Shown here: one piece after another, positions 1 to 12,863 of the stretch
Layout: every line of letters starts with the position of its first letter
Position numbering within the stretch: position 1 is the stretch's first letter
Assembly (NCBI RefSeq): GCF_009914755.1
Contig: NC_060928.1
Strand: one strand, 5' to 3'
Origin: the human T2T-CHM13v2.0 reference genome, Homo sapiens
DNA: 64,000 nt
Translations under genes and position numbers: made by a program
Notes under the pieces: model-generated
Databases searched by the model: none
Told to the model about the DNA's origin: nothing
Seen by the model: the letters and a program-made list of their open reading frames with translations, nothing else

Positions 1-472
1 CAGGCATGAGCAAAGACTTCATGACTAAAACACCAAAAGCAATGGCAACAAAAGCCAAAATTGATAAATGGGATCTAATTAAACTAAAGAGCTTCTGCAC
101 AGCAAAAGAAACTATCATCAGAGTGAACAGGCAACCTACAGAATGGGAGAAAATTTTTGCAATCTATCCATCTGACAAAGAGCTAATATCCAGAATCTAC
201 AAAGAACTTAAACAAATTTACAAGAAAAAAACCCCATCAAAAAGTGGGCGAAGGATATGAACAGACACATCTCAAAAGAAGACATTTATGCAGCCAACAA
301 ACTTATGAAAAAATGCTCATCATCACTGGTCATTAGAGAAATGCAAATCAAAACCACAATGAGATACCATCTCACGCCAGTTAGAATGGCGATCATTAAA
401 AAGACAGGAAACAACAGACGCTGGAAAGGATGTGGAGAAATAGGAAAGCTTTTACACTGTTGGTGGGAGTGT
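1..472 (+). mobile_element. L1PA ORF2 3' fragment
   Basis: ORFs 6..260 and 257..490 match the L1 ORF2 C-terminus ([18 protein letters not shown]); ends abruptly. Confidence 0.9.
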
Positions 473-1520
473 AATGCTCAATATCACTAATCATCAGAGA
501 AATGCAAATTAAAACCACAATGAGGCTGGGTACCGTGGCTCATCTGGCCAAGGTGGGCAGATTACTTGAGGTCAGGAGTTTGAGACCATCCTGGCCAACA
601 TGGTGAAACCCATCTCTACTAAGAATACAAAAAATTAGCTGGGTGTGGTGGCACACACCTATAATCCCAGCTACTCAGGAAGTTGAGGCATGAGAATCAC
701 TTGAACCTGGGAGGCCGATGTTGTGGTGAGCCAAGATCATGCCACTGGACTCCAGAGCGAGACTCTGTCTCAAGAAAAAAAAAAAAAAAAACACCACACA
801 GTGAGATATCATCTTTACACCAGTCACAATGGCTATTTATTACAAAGACAACAACAAATGTTGGCAAGGATTCAGAGAAAAGAGAACACTGTTTCACTGC
901 TGAACACTTATTCACTATTGGTGGGAATGTAAATTAGTACAACCTCTATGGAAAACAGTGTGGAAATTTCTCAAAGAACTAAAAATAGAACTACCATTTG
1001 CTCCAACAATCCTACTACTGGGTAGCAGAGGATTTCTTTTCCTCTTTCCAAAGGAAAAGGAATTATTATGCCAAAAAGATACCTGCACTGTTATGTTTAT
1101 CACATCACTATTCACAATAGCAAAGATATGGAATCAACCTAAGCATCCAACAATGGATGACTGGATAAAGAAAATGTGGTATATATACACAACAGAACAC
1201 TACTCAGCCATAAAAAAGAATGGAATCCTATTCTGCAGCAATATGGATGGAATTGGAGGCTATTATTTTAAGTGAAACAACTCAGAAACACAAAGACAAA
1301 TACTGCATCTTCTCACTTATAAGCAGGAGCTAAATAATGTATACACATGGACATAGAGTGTGGAATGGATAGACAATGGAGACTCAAGGGTAGAGGGCTG
1401 GGGAGAATGATATTTCCCAATTGCTTAATGGATACAATGTACGTTATTTGGGTGATGGATACACTAAAAGCCCTAACTACATCACTATGCAATATATCCA
1501 TGTAACAATATTACACTTAT
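473..1520 (+). mobile_element. Older L1 (L1PB/L1MA-like) 3' end, interrupted by an Alu
   Basis: ORF2 C-terminal and 3' UTR similarity ([23 protein letters not shown]). Confidence 0.85.
525..791 (+). mobile_element. Alu with left-arm deletion
   Basis: Alu consensus lacking gcctgtaatcccagcactttggga; A-tail present. Confidence 0.9.
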
Positions 1521-2726
1521 CTTCTACGAGTAAAATGCGGAACATTTATTGGACAGTTAAGAGGGGCAAGAGTGGGAAGCAGGAAGACCTGTTCATAAGC
1601 TATCACAGAAATCCCAGGAAAAGGTAATAGTTGTTTGGACTAGGGTGGCAGCAGTGGAAGTGGTAAGAAGTGGATTCATTTGGGCAATGTTGTGGAGACA
1701 GCCAACAGAACTAACTGATGGAATGGGAGTTGGGGGAAAGAAAGGAGTCAAGGATAATTCTTGGGCATGGTCAGATAACTTATATTAATTAGATTAGAAA
1801 TTAGGAAGAGCATCCATTCCTCAAGCCAAGGCAGCCCCAAACCAAGGTATATGTCTTGCTTAGCAGAGTAAAGCTGTACTTCAGCCCCACTCACTCCCTT
1901 GGCTTGGTGTTCTTGTTCACAACCTTATACTCTGGCCTTGCTTCTGAGGTTCTGGCTTTAGCAACTGAGTTAATGAGCAACTGAGTATCATGTACTGAGA
2001 TGAAGAATTCACTATCATGCCCAATTGCCCACTGCCTTGCCAAATCATAAGAGTCACATAATAAAAAGATGACAGTAATATAGTTCAGCAGTTGCCAAAA
2101 CATCCTGCAACTCATTGGGCCATCTGATGTCAAGTTAATTTACACCAGTATTCAGAAATATGTGGAAGGAAGTATTTAAAATCTGGTATGTTTTCATGTA
2201 TCCATTAGACAATCAATCATTTGTTAATAAATATATGGTATCGAATCTGAGGCAGTTTACTAAAACCAATACAGAAGCAACATTCAGTGTGGTCTTGAAA
2301 TATGAAACATATTTAAATTACACTGAAACATCTTAAACACTAAACTACTAAACATATTATTTTACAATATAACTCATTAGAAATTGTTATGCAAATTATG
2401 TGGATTATCTGCCTCATAGCCTAAATTGGATAAACCTCAACCAAAATTATCAGGCTATGACTGTATGAATATTTTAAGCATATTTTAAAAATAAGAACCA
2501 AAACTTCATTATCTCTCCAGTCTTCACATGCTAAACTTAACACGTTGTGGCTGAAACAAAATGGAATAGGCCACTATGTATTTAATAAACCTGACAGGGC
2601 TCAGACAGAATGTATGAGCTGATAAACATTTTGGCCCAATCAAAGGGCTGGCCATTTTCTAAGCATGTTATTTATTCTTTATTTTACTGTAAGCTCCAAG
2701 ATCAGGGCTATGTTTTAACCTGCCTT

Positions 2727-2990
2727 GTGATATAGTTTGACTCTGTGTCCCCACCCAAATCTCATGTTGAATTATAATCCCCAATGCCGGGGGAGAGTCC
2801 TGGTGGGAGGTCATTGGATCATGGGGACAGATTTCTCCCTTGCTGTTCTTGTAATAATGAGTGAGTTTTCATGAGATGTGGTTTTTTTTTTAAGTGTGTA
2901 GTACTGCCCCCTTCGCTGTCTCTCCTGACACCATGTAAAGACAGACGTGCTTGCTTCCCCTTCAACATTCCCCCATGACTGTAAGTTGCT
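2727..2990 (+). mobile_element. MaLR LTR fragment (MST/THE1-like)
   Basis: tgatatagtttgactctgtgtccccacccaaatctcatgttgaatt resembles an MST/THE1 LTR end; orientation label by convention. Confidence 0.75.
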
Positions 2991-3286
2991 TTGGCTAGAG
3001 TAAGGAAAAGAGAGTTTGGAGGGGAGGGAGTAGAGGGATGGGAGCAAATAGTGAAACAAGAAACTACTTAGAAGGCTACTGAGTAATAAACGCAAGAGAA
3101 GATAGTTGTTTACATTAGAGTTGTAACACTTAAGGTAGTAAGGTCAGATTTTTATATTACAAAGTATAATATCAAAGATTATGAAAGATTTTTCTAAAGG
3201 AGTTTCTCTCTACCACCAAAGATTCATTCTTATTCCTATGCCAAACAACATTCTATAACACACTTAATTTTATTATCATATATTGA

Positions 3287-3593
<307 letters not shown>

Positions 3594-5039
3594 TTCTGTC
3601 ATATTCTTGATGTGATTTGCATTATTAGTGTCATCAAGGTTATGGGTTACTTAATTATAGCTACCATATGGGTATATCTCTATTTAGCACCAAGCAAAGC
3701 AACATGGGCAATAATCCCTACTTAAAATGTTTGGTGATGTTGAACATGTTTTATCTTCTACAAATCTTTTAGGAGTTCCCTTGCACCATAAGGGCTTATC
3801 TCCAAAGGCTCACCACCATTCTACATATTTGCTTTGATGAAAGGGTTTGGTTTTGATGGTAGACCTGAATTTGAATACCTGCTCCAACATATGCTGAACA
3901 AGACTTTGACAATAAATAGTTAAAATATACTTCACAACGCAGATGTACAGTTTCCATAAAGTAATAGCTAAAAAAAATGGTAGTTCCCTTTCCTCATCCT
4001 ATCTTGCAGCAGTGCCAGAATTAGGGTGAAGAGATAAGGGTGTTATATCATTCTTTGTAAATGTATCCATTGAGAGTATTGTAGGGATTTGAGATCCAAC
4101 ATCATTCATTTAAAAACCTATGAACAAAAGACTTAAAGTTTCAGTTTGGAATTAGTACAAGTGCAGGGTTAAATGGTATCTTTATTTGAAATTTTGACAT
4201 ATTGTTAAACTTTTGGCAATAATTTTGATTTTTTAAAATATTGCAATAAAACATTTATCTAAATTACTGAGTTTTTTGATGCACCCTTCAAGTTTGAGCA
4301 TGAGGTGAATGTCTCACTCCTCCACCCCAGTAAGTGACTCTGACTTAAAGGGTGATGCCAGCAGGAATGCATTCCTTTAGAACAAACAGCCCAGTGGATG
4401 AAATAGGGTCAGAAAAAGTGAGTAATGTCCTACCTTTCTCCCAATCTAATTAAGCACTGGTCTTCAAACAAGTCCCTTGTTTTCTAATTTTGAAAAACTA
4501 TTCATAACATTTTACATATTTTAAAGTTGATGTATTTTTTCCAGCATAATTAGTTGAAAAGGATGTAATTTCTGGCATACTGGAAGTATTGACACTTAAC
4601 TACATCTTGATTTATCATTCATTTTAATGTATCCAGTTGAATCTAAGTATCCTAGAGATGTGAGGCCCACCATCACTCATTTAAAGATATATGAACAACT
4701 TGAAAAAGTAGAGAGATGGTAAAAGCACTGTGCTCACCCTTAGAACAATTTTAAAAGCTGGACAAACTTTAACAATTTTTCTTGAACCCATCAGTAAACA
4801 AGGGTCACAGTACAAAAAACTAACTTGAAATCTGGAGAAAGATAGGCATAGGAACACTTGGGCCAGATGTTCAGCTATTGCCCTTCCCTTTGCAGATTAA
4901 GGTTTTTTTCCTTGGGAGACATAAAGGACAAAGGTGCTCACAGAGGAGACAAAGATGAATCCAGAGAAAGCTTTCCCCCATGGCACTGGCTGAACAGGGA
5001 AGAACACCTAGCAATGAAATTCTGCGCAGACCCATGTGA

Positions 5040-7319
5040 GAATGCAAAAATGATACAATCACTTTGGAAAAGTTTGGAAGTTTCTTATAAAGTTAAACAT
5101 ACACTTACCATACGACCCAGCAATCCCATTCCTAGGTATTTGCCCAAATGAATTGAAAATTTATGTACACAAATGTTTATAGCAGCTGTATTCATAATTT
5201 CCTCAAACTGGAAACAACCAAGATATCTTTCAACAGATGAACATATAAACAGTGGTACAATGGAATATTATTCTGCAATAAATAGGAAGAAACTATTGAT
5301 TCACCCAACAACGTGGATGAATCTTAAATGTGTTTTTCTAAGTGAAAGAAGCCAGATCCAAAATGTTACATATTTTATGATGCAATTTATATGGCATTAT
5401 GGAAAAGGAAAAACTATAGAAACAGAAAACAGATCAATGGTTTCCAGGAGTTAGGAGAGAGAAGAAGGGTTAACTACAAAATGACCACACAAGGGAAATT
5501 TGGGGGTGATGAAATTATTCTGTACACAGTACTGTACTGGTGGATACATGACCATATATTTGTCAAAACCCATAGAACTATAAACAAATAACCAACCTAA
5601 GTAACTTTGGGAAACTGTTTTGACTAGATAATGTAAGATTAAAGAAAAAAAATCAAAGAAATATCCTGGTCAATAAGGTTAAAGAAATAAAAATGAAATA
5701 AATAAATGCTAAACTCTTCTTGGTGGTAAATTTGTTTCTCACAAAGGTACAAGTTAACCAATATGCATCTACTATACACTGAAAAATAAAATACATTTTA
5801 GATATTGCCAGATTTCTCATTGTCAGAGAAAGAAATCACAAATAAAGGGAAGCAGGAATGACTGCTGGGTGTCAGATTACAGTCAAAGGTGTAAGTATAA
5901 ATTTGTTTTTATATATAAATATAGATGTGTCTGTATACAGGAGTTAGTACATACAAATATATTTCCTAGCTCTGTCTGTCCTCTGTGCAGGCATAGAAGC
6001 AATGACACCCCAGCAGCAATAAGCACTCCTAATGCTCAGAGCTTAGTTTCTAAATACCATTCTCCTGTAAAAGTAACCACAACTTTTTGTTAGATGTAGG
6101 GCAGGGAAAATACCTCAAAAAAAAAAAAAGATGAGGACATGTCAAGAGGATACAAGAGCCAACATGAAAGAGTTCCCAATGACCAAAGCTGGAATAATTT
6201 GAACAACAAAATCAATAATGGTAGTGCCAACCCCGGTGGCTCATGCCTGTAATCCCAGCACTATGGGGGACCCAGGTGTATGGACTGCTTGAGTCCAGGA
6301 GTTTGAGACGAGCCTGGGTGATACGGCGAAACCCCGTCTCTACAAAAAATTAAAATAAAATAAAATACAAAAATTAGCTAGGTGTGGTCACACATGCCTG
6401 TAGTCCCAGCTACTCAGGAGACTGAGGTGAAAGTATCTTTCAGCCTGGGTGACAAAGCAAGACCTCGTGTCAAAAAAAAAAAAATTAAAACGAAATTAAA
6501 CAAAAAGATAGTATTGGATTATACTCAAATGACAGAATAAATACCTCCATACTGATATAATGAAATAACTGAATAAATATAAAGGAAAGAGGCAAGGTTT
6601 TCTTACATAATTCCAAATAATAAATGTAGAAAGAATGAAGGAAATTGAAAAGAACCATTAGAACACAATAGTAATAACTGCTTTGGGTAAGACTACAAAG
6701 GTGAATGCTAAAATTAGTGGGTGAAACTCTAGGGTGAAACAGTGCATATACATAACCTTAAAGTATTCCCCCCCAAATATTTATTAATACGTGGTTTGAA
6801 CATATGTCCACAAGTTCTGTGATACTCCTCTCTCTAAGAGGTGAACTTTCTAACAAACAGAGAATAGAGAAGGAAAAACAGAAATTGAACAGTGGAGAAA
6901 ACTGACAGACACAACCTTAACCAAGTCAGCAAAGTTAACATCACCAGCTATACTCATTATGTTACTCCCTAATACACCCTGTGAACTTTATCTATGTAGT
7001 ATTCTTCCCAAATACCGTAACTCTGTAGTCATGAGAAAATACCTGACAGATCCAAATTGAGGGCCATTCTACAAAACACCTGACCAGCTCTCTTCAAAAT
7101 TACCTAGGTCATGAAAAATAAAGAAGGGCTGAAAAACTATCACAGACCATGGGATACTTAGGAGATATGACCACTAAATGCAATATGGCAACCTGAATCC
7201 TGGAACAGAAAATGGACATTGGTTGAAAAACTGGTGAAATCCAAATAAAGTGTGTTGTATAGTCAGTAGTGTTGTACTAATGTTAATTTATTAGTTTCCA
7301 TCAATGTGCCACAGTTACA
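5040..7319 (+). mobile_element. Old L1M (L1MC-like) 3' region with nested Alu
   Basis: Degenerate ORF2 end and long 3' UTR similarity. Confidence 0.7.
6225..6485 (+). mobile_element. AluJ-like with internal deletion
   Basis: Diverged Alu with shortened right arm and A-tail. Confidence 0.85.
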
Positions 7320-7851
7320 TGAGACAAAGTAGCAAACATCTGCCTCTGGCCAGCCAGAGTCCACTCTTGCTGTGATGAAGCCATGTTTGCTCACTCTGCT
7401 TGTGAGCATAACTTCACAACTCCCTGACTCAGTGACTGAGTGCAGCCAGAAGGAATATCCTGAAGATGATAAGCAGGAAAGCAGGATAGAGAACAGGTTC
7501 CCATGTCTCTTGCCTGAATCACTGCATTTCTAGAAAAGAAGTTCAATGATCCTAGCCTTTGTCTTTTCCTGTACATGAGATAATGTCTGACAGGAATAAT
7601 TATTATGCCTCTGTAATCTATAACCAATGTACTCCTCTCCCACCCAAACTTTGATGAGATGTTGCTCTACTGTAACTTCTGAGCACATGCTGAACATCCA
7701 CATCACGTGACATATAAGCTATGGGCTGAAACATGGCTTTGGTGCAGTGAAACAGAAATCCTCTGAAAGACTCTCCTGGGTTGCAATCCTAAGACTGAAC
7801 AAAACTAACTTTAATTCTTTAAAAGCCTGATTTCTTTGTCTTTAGTTGACA
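7320..7851 (+). mobile_element. Solo ERV LTR inserted in L1M 3' UTR
   Basis: TG...CA termini (tgagac...gttgaca); flanks gttaca/gttatg; the L1 sequence resumes afterwards. Confidence 0.65.
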
Positions 7852-8150
7852 GTTATGTAAGATAATATTGGGGAAAGTGGATGGAAGGAATGGAAAGACT
7901 GTACTATCTTTACAATTCCTTTGTAAATCTAAAATTACTTCAAAATAAAACATAATTTATATATTTGTGTATGCAGTAGGGAAATTTGTACCTCATTCCT
8001 TTCACTCGAGCTTTTATTTCCATTGCATGTCTCTCCTCAAATTTGATCCTAATGTACTTAGAAGTTGTATTATCATCCTTTTACTTCTTGACATTTGAAT
8101 TTTTTAATTTCCTGTAACCAGAAGTCTCTAAATGTTAATTAAAAATTCTA

Positions 8151-8478
<328 letters not shown>

Positions 8479-8649
8479 TTATCATTGAGATCATTAATGG
8501 GCACTTGATCGAAGCAACATAATGAACACACATTTTAATAACCACTAAAGAAAAATATTTTTATTGAAAATGCACTGCTTAACGAGGGGGATGGGACTTT
8601 TCTTCCAATAAGCCCATCTACTTCCGGATGCAAATTACGTCTATTTGTT

Positions 8650-8797
8650 CTTTTCCTTTTTCTTTTTCTTTCTTTTTTAAAGAGATGGCAGTCTCACTAA
8701 TGTTGCCCAGGCTGGACTTGATCTCCTGGGCTCAATTGGTCCTCCTGCCTCAGCCTCTCCAGTATCTGGGAATACCAGTGCCCACCACCATGCCTGG
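8650..8797 (-). mobile_element. FLAM/Alu monomer
   Basis: Diverged antisense left-monomer sequence. Confidence 0.75.
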
Positions 8798-9109
8798 CTT
8801 CCTTCTTTTTTTTAAAAAAAAAGATTTACATCTGACTTAATTACTGAGAAAACTTATCCCTATAAAAAGGTAGATGGACACTGAAATTTTGTTATAACAA
8901 AGTTACTCCATCCTTTGGATTACTTTTTGTTTACATGCCGAAATTTGTTGGGTGACTTAGTATTCTTATTTTCCACGAACTATCACCTAACACCTCGAGT
9001 AGGGCCTCCTTCAACCTTTAGGAGAGCAAAGAATTGAAAACATCCACACTGGATTTGTCATCCGGATAGCAGAGCCATTTGCTCTCAAAGACTCCATCTG
9101 TTTTCATGA

Positions 9110-9261
9110 TTGTTCGCTCACTGGCCAAGCTTCAGGACGTGTGAGGTAGTTTTTCTGTAAACAGGAAGGCCACAGTGGAGGCCAAGCCTTCCCCATGGGC
9201 ACCTTCTCAGATTGCGATTGTGGATGAAATGAGGGATTTTCTTGAAACAACCCTCACGCAG
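9110..9261 (+). other. ADAD1: Candidate non-coding first exon
   Basis: Donor CAG|gtaccc at 9261/9262; the 5' end is not determinable from sequence. Confidence 0.5.
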
Positions 9262-9389
9262 GTACCCCTTGGGCAGCCTTCAACCGCTCTGGGGAAGGAG
9301 GCCCCAGGCATAGACAACTGCAGTATAAATAATCATCCCTACAGTGCTCTGTCAGGGCTGTAGGGGGGCACGGGACAGTAAGGGAGGAG

Positions 9390-9800
9390 GCTGAACTGCG
9401 CGATTTTACCTGGCTTCTCCAGAAGGGTAAGGCGGCCAGTTGGACCCGGTCCTTGTGTTCGGAGAACAGAGTCACCCAGGCCTCGAACGCCTGCGATGGT
9501 CGGCGTCTCTTCCCTAGGTGACGCAAGACGCGGAGCTCGGCTGCACGACGCTGGCGCAAGCGCGGGGGCAAGAGCGCCGGCCTCCGAGACGGTTAGTGAT
9601 TGGACGAAGCAGGGCGCGGGGGCGCAAGCCCGGGTCCTGCAGGGGCGACGCGAGGCCTCTTTTGAAAGATGCGGCCCTGACCCTGTGAACCTCGCGCAGA
9701 GCGGCCTGAAGCGAGAGGTTGAGGCTGGGAGGTGGGAGCAACGGCGGCGGCGGCCGCCTGCGAGCCCCCGGCCTGAGGCGCAGCAGCAGCTGCCCGTCTT
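9390..9800. promoter_or_regulatory. CpG island / ADAD1 promoter region
   Basis: Dense non-repeat CpGs and high GC in an otherwise AT-rich, CpG-poor window, just upstream of the start-codon exon. Confidence 0.88.
9518..9591 (+). other. ADAD1: Candidate 5' UTR exon (74 nt)
   Basis: Pyrimidine tract plus acceptor tctcttccctag|GTG; donor ACG|gttagt. Confidence 0.6.
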
Positions 9801-9830
9801 CCCACATAGAGGGCAGGAAGGACAACTTTG
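9660..9830 (+). other. ADAD1: Candidate alternative first exon
   Basis: Donor TTG|gtgggt at 9830/9831 at the 3' edge of the CpG island; start is a guess. Confidence 0.5.
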
Positions 9831-10215
9831 GTGGGTAGGGGTTGGGCCAGGACTCAGGAGGCCACCTACGAGCTGATTTTTTTTTCTTTTTTTCTTTTTT
9901 CCTGACCTTGCTAATATCTTCCCTAACTCCTGAGTAGTTTTAAGGTCTTTTACAGGGACCTCTCTCTGTTCCTTCTTTCCTCCTTTGTAGCAGAGGTTTA
10001 GGGAAGGGATTCAGGAGAGAAGAGGTCCGTGTCTATGAAAACTCAAAAAGCAGTCGTGAGATCAGTTCAAGAGGGATTTGACTCTAGTCATCTGAATATG
10101 TGCCAAGGCCATTTATGGAAATAATGGGGGGGTGGGGTTTGGAGTAAATATTTTCAGTTTACATAGCGTTTTGTCTTGTTTTCTGCCAATTTTATCGTGA
10201 CCTCTAGGTGAGAAA

Positions 10216-10387
10216 ATGGCTAGCAACAATCATTGGTTTCAGAGTTCGCAGGTCCCCAGCTTTGCCCAGATGCTGAAAAAGAACCTGCCAGTTCAACCAG
10301 CGACAAAGACGATAACTACACCCACAGGATGGTCCTCAGAAAGTTACGGCCTGTCCAAGATGGCATCCAAGGTTACGCAAGTAACGG
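10216..10387 (+). CDS. ADAD1: ADAD1 coding exon 1 (exon starts 10208; ATG 10216)
   Basis: Acceptor cctctag|GTGAGAAA ATG G with strong Kozak (A-3, G+4); MASNNHW...KVTQVT-G; donor ACGG|gtacga; 172 coding nt. Confidence 0.95.
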
Positions 10388-11137
10388 GTACGACTTTTTT
10401 CATTTGTAACAATGAGTCAGTTCTTTAAGATTCTAGGATGGCCAGTAAGTTCTGTCGAGTCTCTGGTTTAAAGGTTTCGTGGTTGTATAGACATTTACCC
10501 GTGGCCGTGTACCTGGAGCTGGCATCTGACTCAACATTTGGAGGAGGCCTGTAGAGCTCTTTACCTGTGCCGCTCGTTTAACCATCTGTTACCACCTTGA
10601 CTGTTCAAACCCCCCCCTTCAAGTGTGGCTTGCCTTTCTGAGGTGAGGCGCAAGGGAAGATACTGGACTTACACTGGTCTGTATTCCACATAGCACTTAG
10701 CGTAGTGTTAAGTATAAAGCAGGGGCAAACATACTTTAAAATTCGGTGGAATCCAGTGAGAAAATGAGTGGATGGGAGCCAGAAGCTACGTTTTAGTCCC
10801 AGATCTGTGTCTTTCTGTATTCTAGGCCTTAGTGATATTATCTGTAAAAATTTCTTGGTTTCTGGAGACCCTGACATCACTAAAATTCCATGACCCTTGA
10901 TATCACTTAATAATGACATGTTGATATTACCTTTTTGCAAAATAGTCTTAGTACTCGATAGATGCAATAACATGTGGTGCTTGTCATGTGTGCCAAAATT
11001 GTTTAGTAGAAACTTAAGAAAAACATATGATGAAGTGTATCTGGGACAACCTTCCATTTCGGGGAGGATTTATTGCTTTTGCTCATTTTTGTTTGTTTGT
11101 TTTAAACCAAATTGACAAGTATAACATTTGTTTTTAG

Positions 11138-11326
11138 GTAATTTTCCAGAGCCGTTGCTTTCCAAGAATCTTTCATCTATTTCAAATCCTGTCCTTCCTC
11201 CAAAAAAAATACCTAAGGAATTTATAATGAAATACAAACGTGGAGAGATAAATCCTGTGTCAGCCTTGCACCAGTTTGCACAAATGCAGCGAGTTCAGCT
11301 TGACCTTAAGGAAACTGTGACAACAG
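11138..11326 (+). CDS. ADAD1: ADAD1 coding exon 2 (start of dsRBD)
   Basis: Acceptor tttttag|GT; NFPEPLL...[11 protein letters not shown]...ETVTT-G; non-canonical donor CAG|gcaagt; 189 nt. Confidence 0.93.
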
Positions 11327-12606
11327 GCAAGTGTAAAATTGTATTTGTCTCAAAAACAAAACGAAAAGTATAGCAAAATAATTGTGCTAAGTTTAGTTCT
11401 TTCTTCTAATATTGGAGTTAGGTAACTGATTGTATGTTTTCACAAGAATACTTAAATGTTTATGTTCACACTTCTTTAGCCTTTGCAGCCTCTACAAATA
11501 ACTCACATATACCAAAGTTTTATAATCATTGAATTGTAATTTTCTTATGTGTCGCTAGCTGAATGGAAATTAGTCTCATGGACTATTTTGGGGTGTAATT
11601 ACTTCCTGTATCATAAACATGCTTTTGTAAAGATGTTAAATATTTGGACTATGATTATTTTATGAGAAGGATTCTGTGAGGATGATGACTAAGAAAAGGT
11701 CAAATTTGCCTTCTGAAACTCAAGCATTAGATTATATGATTGGTACTTTGTCTGCAGACTAGTCTGTTACAGTTTTCTCAATTCTCTCTTAAACTCCCCA
11801 AACAGAATAATCTGTAACCATGCTGTGCCTGTGAAAGGCTACACGAGTACAGATAAGGAAAATGCAGAAAGTAGTTTCTGATCTCTTCACATTATAGCCA
11901 ATGATTAGGAAGATTTTAGGAAAGTGGAAGGATAAGTGCTCTTAAGAGGCATTGACAGCTTAAAATTTTAAATTTTAAAAACTTTGTGTATATGTACATG
12001 TGTGTGTGTTTGTACACACACATGAGTAGTTAGGTTGTTTCTTTAATTTTCCTGGTGCTAACTTGCCAATATGGATCTCAAAGCTAACATCTTTGCTAAA
12101 TAACTTTAACATGTCAAGATTTTAGTAAAGATAGTTACAGCGACATCAAGTTTCAGTCTGTTGTTTTAGGTGGAATACCAGTAAACTAACAGGTGACAGA
12201 AATAGTATCTTAACATAGATGGTGGTGGTAATGTAGAAGGTGGACTTAATTTCCGTGTAACTAGTTAGCTTTCCTCCAGTAATCTCACACTGCTCTTGGA
12301 AAATGTAAACTGTTGGTCATTGTAAGAAAAAATAAATGATCAGGACAAATCTTCACTGCTCTGAGCAAAAACTACTAAAAAACATGACCTGTTGGTTGTT
12401 AATGGTGTACATTTTATGCTCAAAGTATATAGTTCAATAATCCAGTGTGTTTGGTAGTGAAACCACAGTGTCAGAATTTTTTAATAGCTCTATGTGTGAT
12501 TTAGATTTACACTAAAGTTTGAGAACCTGAGTTATAAACAGGCTGAAGCTTAAAGGCTCCGCATTCTGACACAGAAGACTTACTAATAAATTTTAGGTAA
12601 AATATC

Positions 12607-12863
12607 TTTTTTTTTCTTTAGATAGAGGCTCTCACTCTGTTATCCAGGCTGGAGTGCAGTGGTGATCCTCCCACCCCAGCCTCCCAAATAGCTAAGACTG
12701 CTGCAGGCATCCACCACCAGGCCTGGCTAATTTTCAAAATGTCCTGTAGAGAAGGAGTCTCACTATATTGCCTAGGCTGACCTCGAACTCCTGGCATCAA
12801 GAGATCCTCCAACCTCAGCTTCCCAAAGTGATGGGATTATGAGTGTGAGCCAGTGCACCCAGC
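12607..12863 (-). mobile_element. AluJ-like (internally deleted)
   Basis: Antisense Alu consensus. Confidence 0.85.

Noticed and set aside
9830-9847. G-quadruplex at the alternative donor
   Set aside because: Only three G3+ runs; weak support.
9254-9876. Several 70-126 aa ORFs on both strands over the CpG island
   Set aside because: GC-rich DNA is depleted of stop codons; the translations are low-complexity Arg/Pro/Ala with no recognisable domain.
10605-11057. 150-aa antisense ORF in the intron after coding exon 1
   Set aside because: No recognisable homology; it overlaps a MIR-like fragment; no supporting splice or promoter context.
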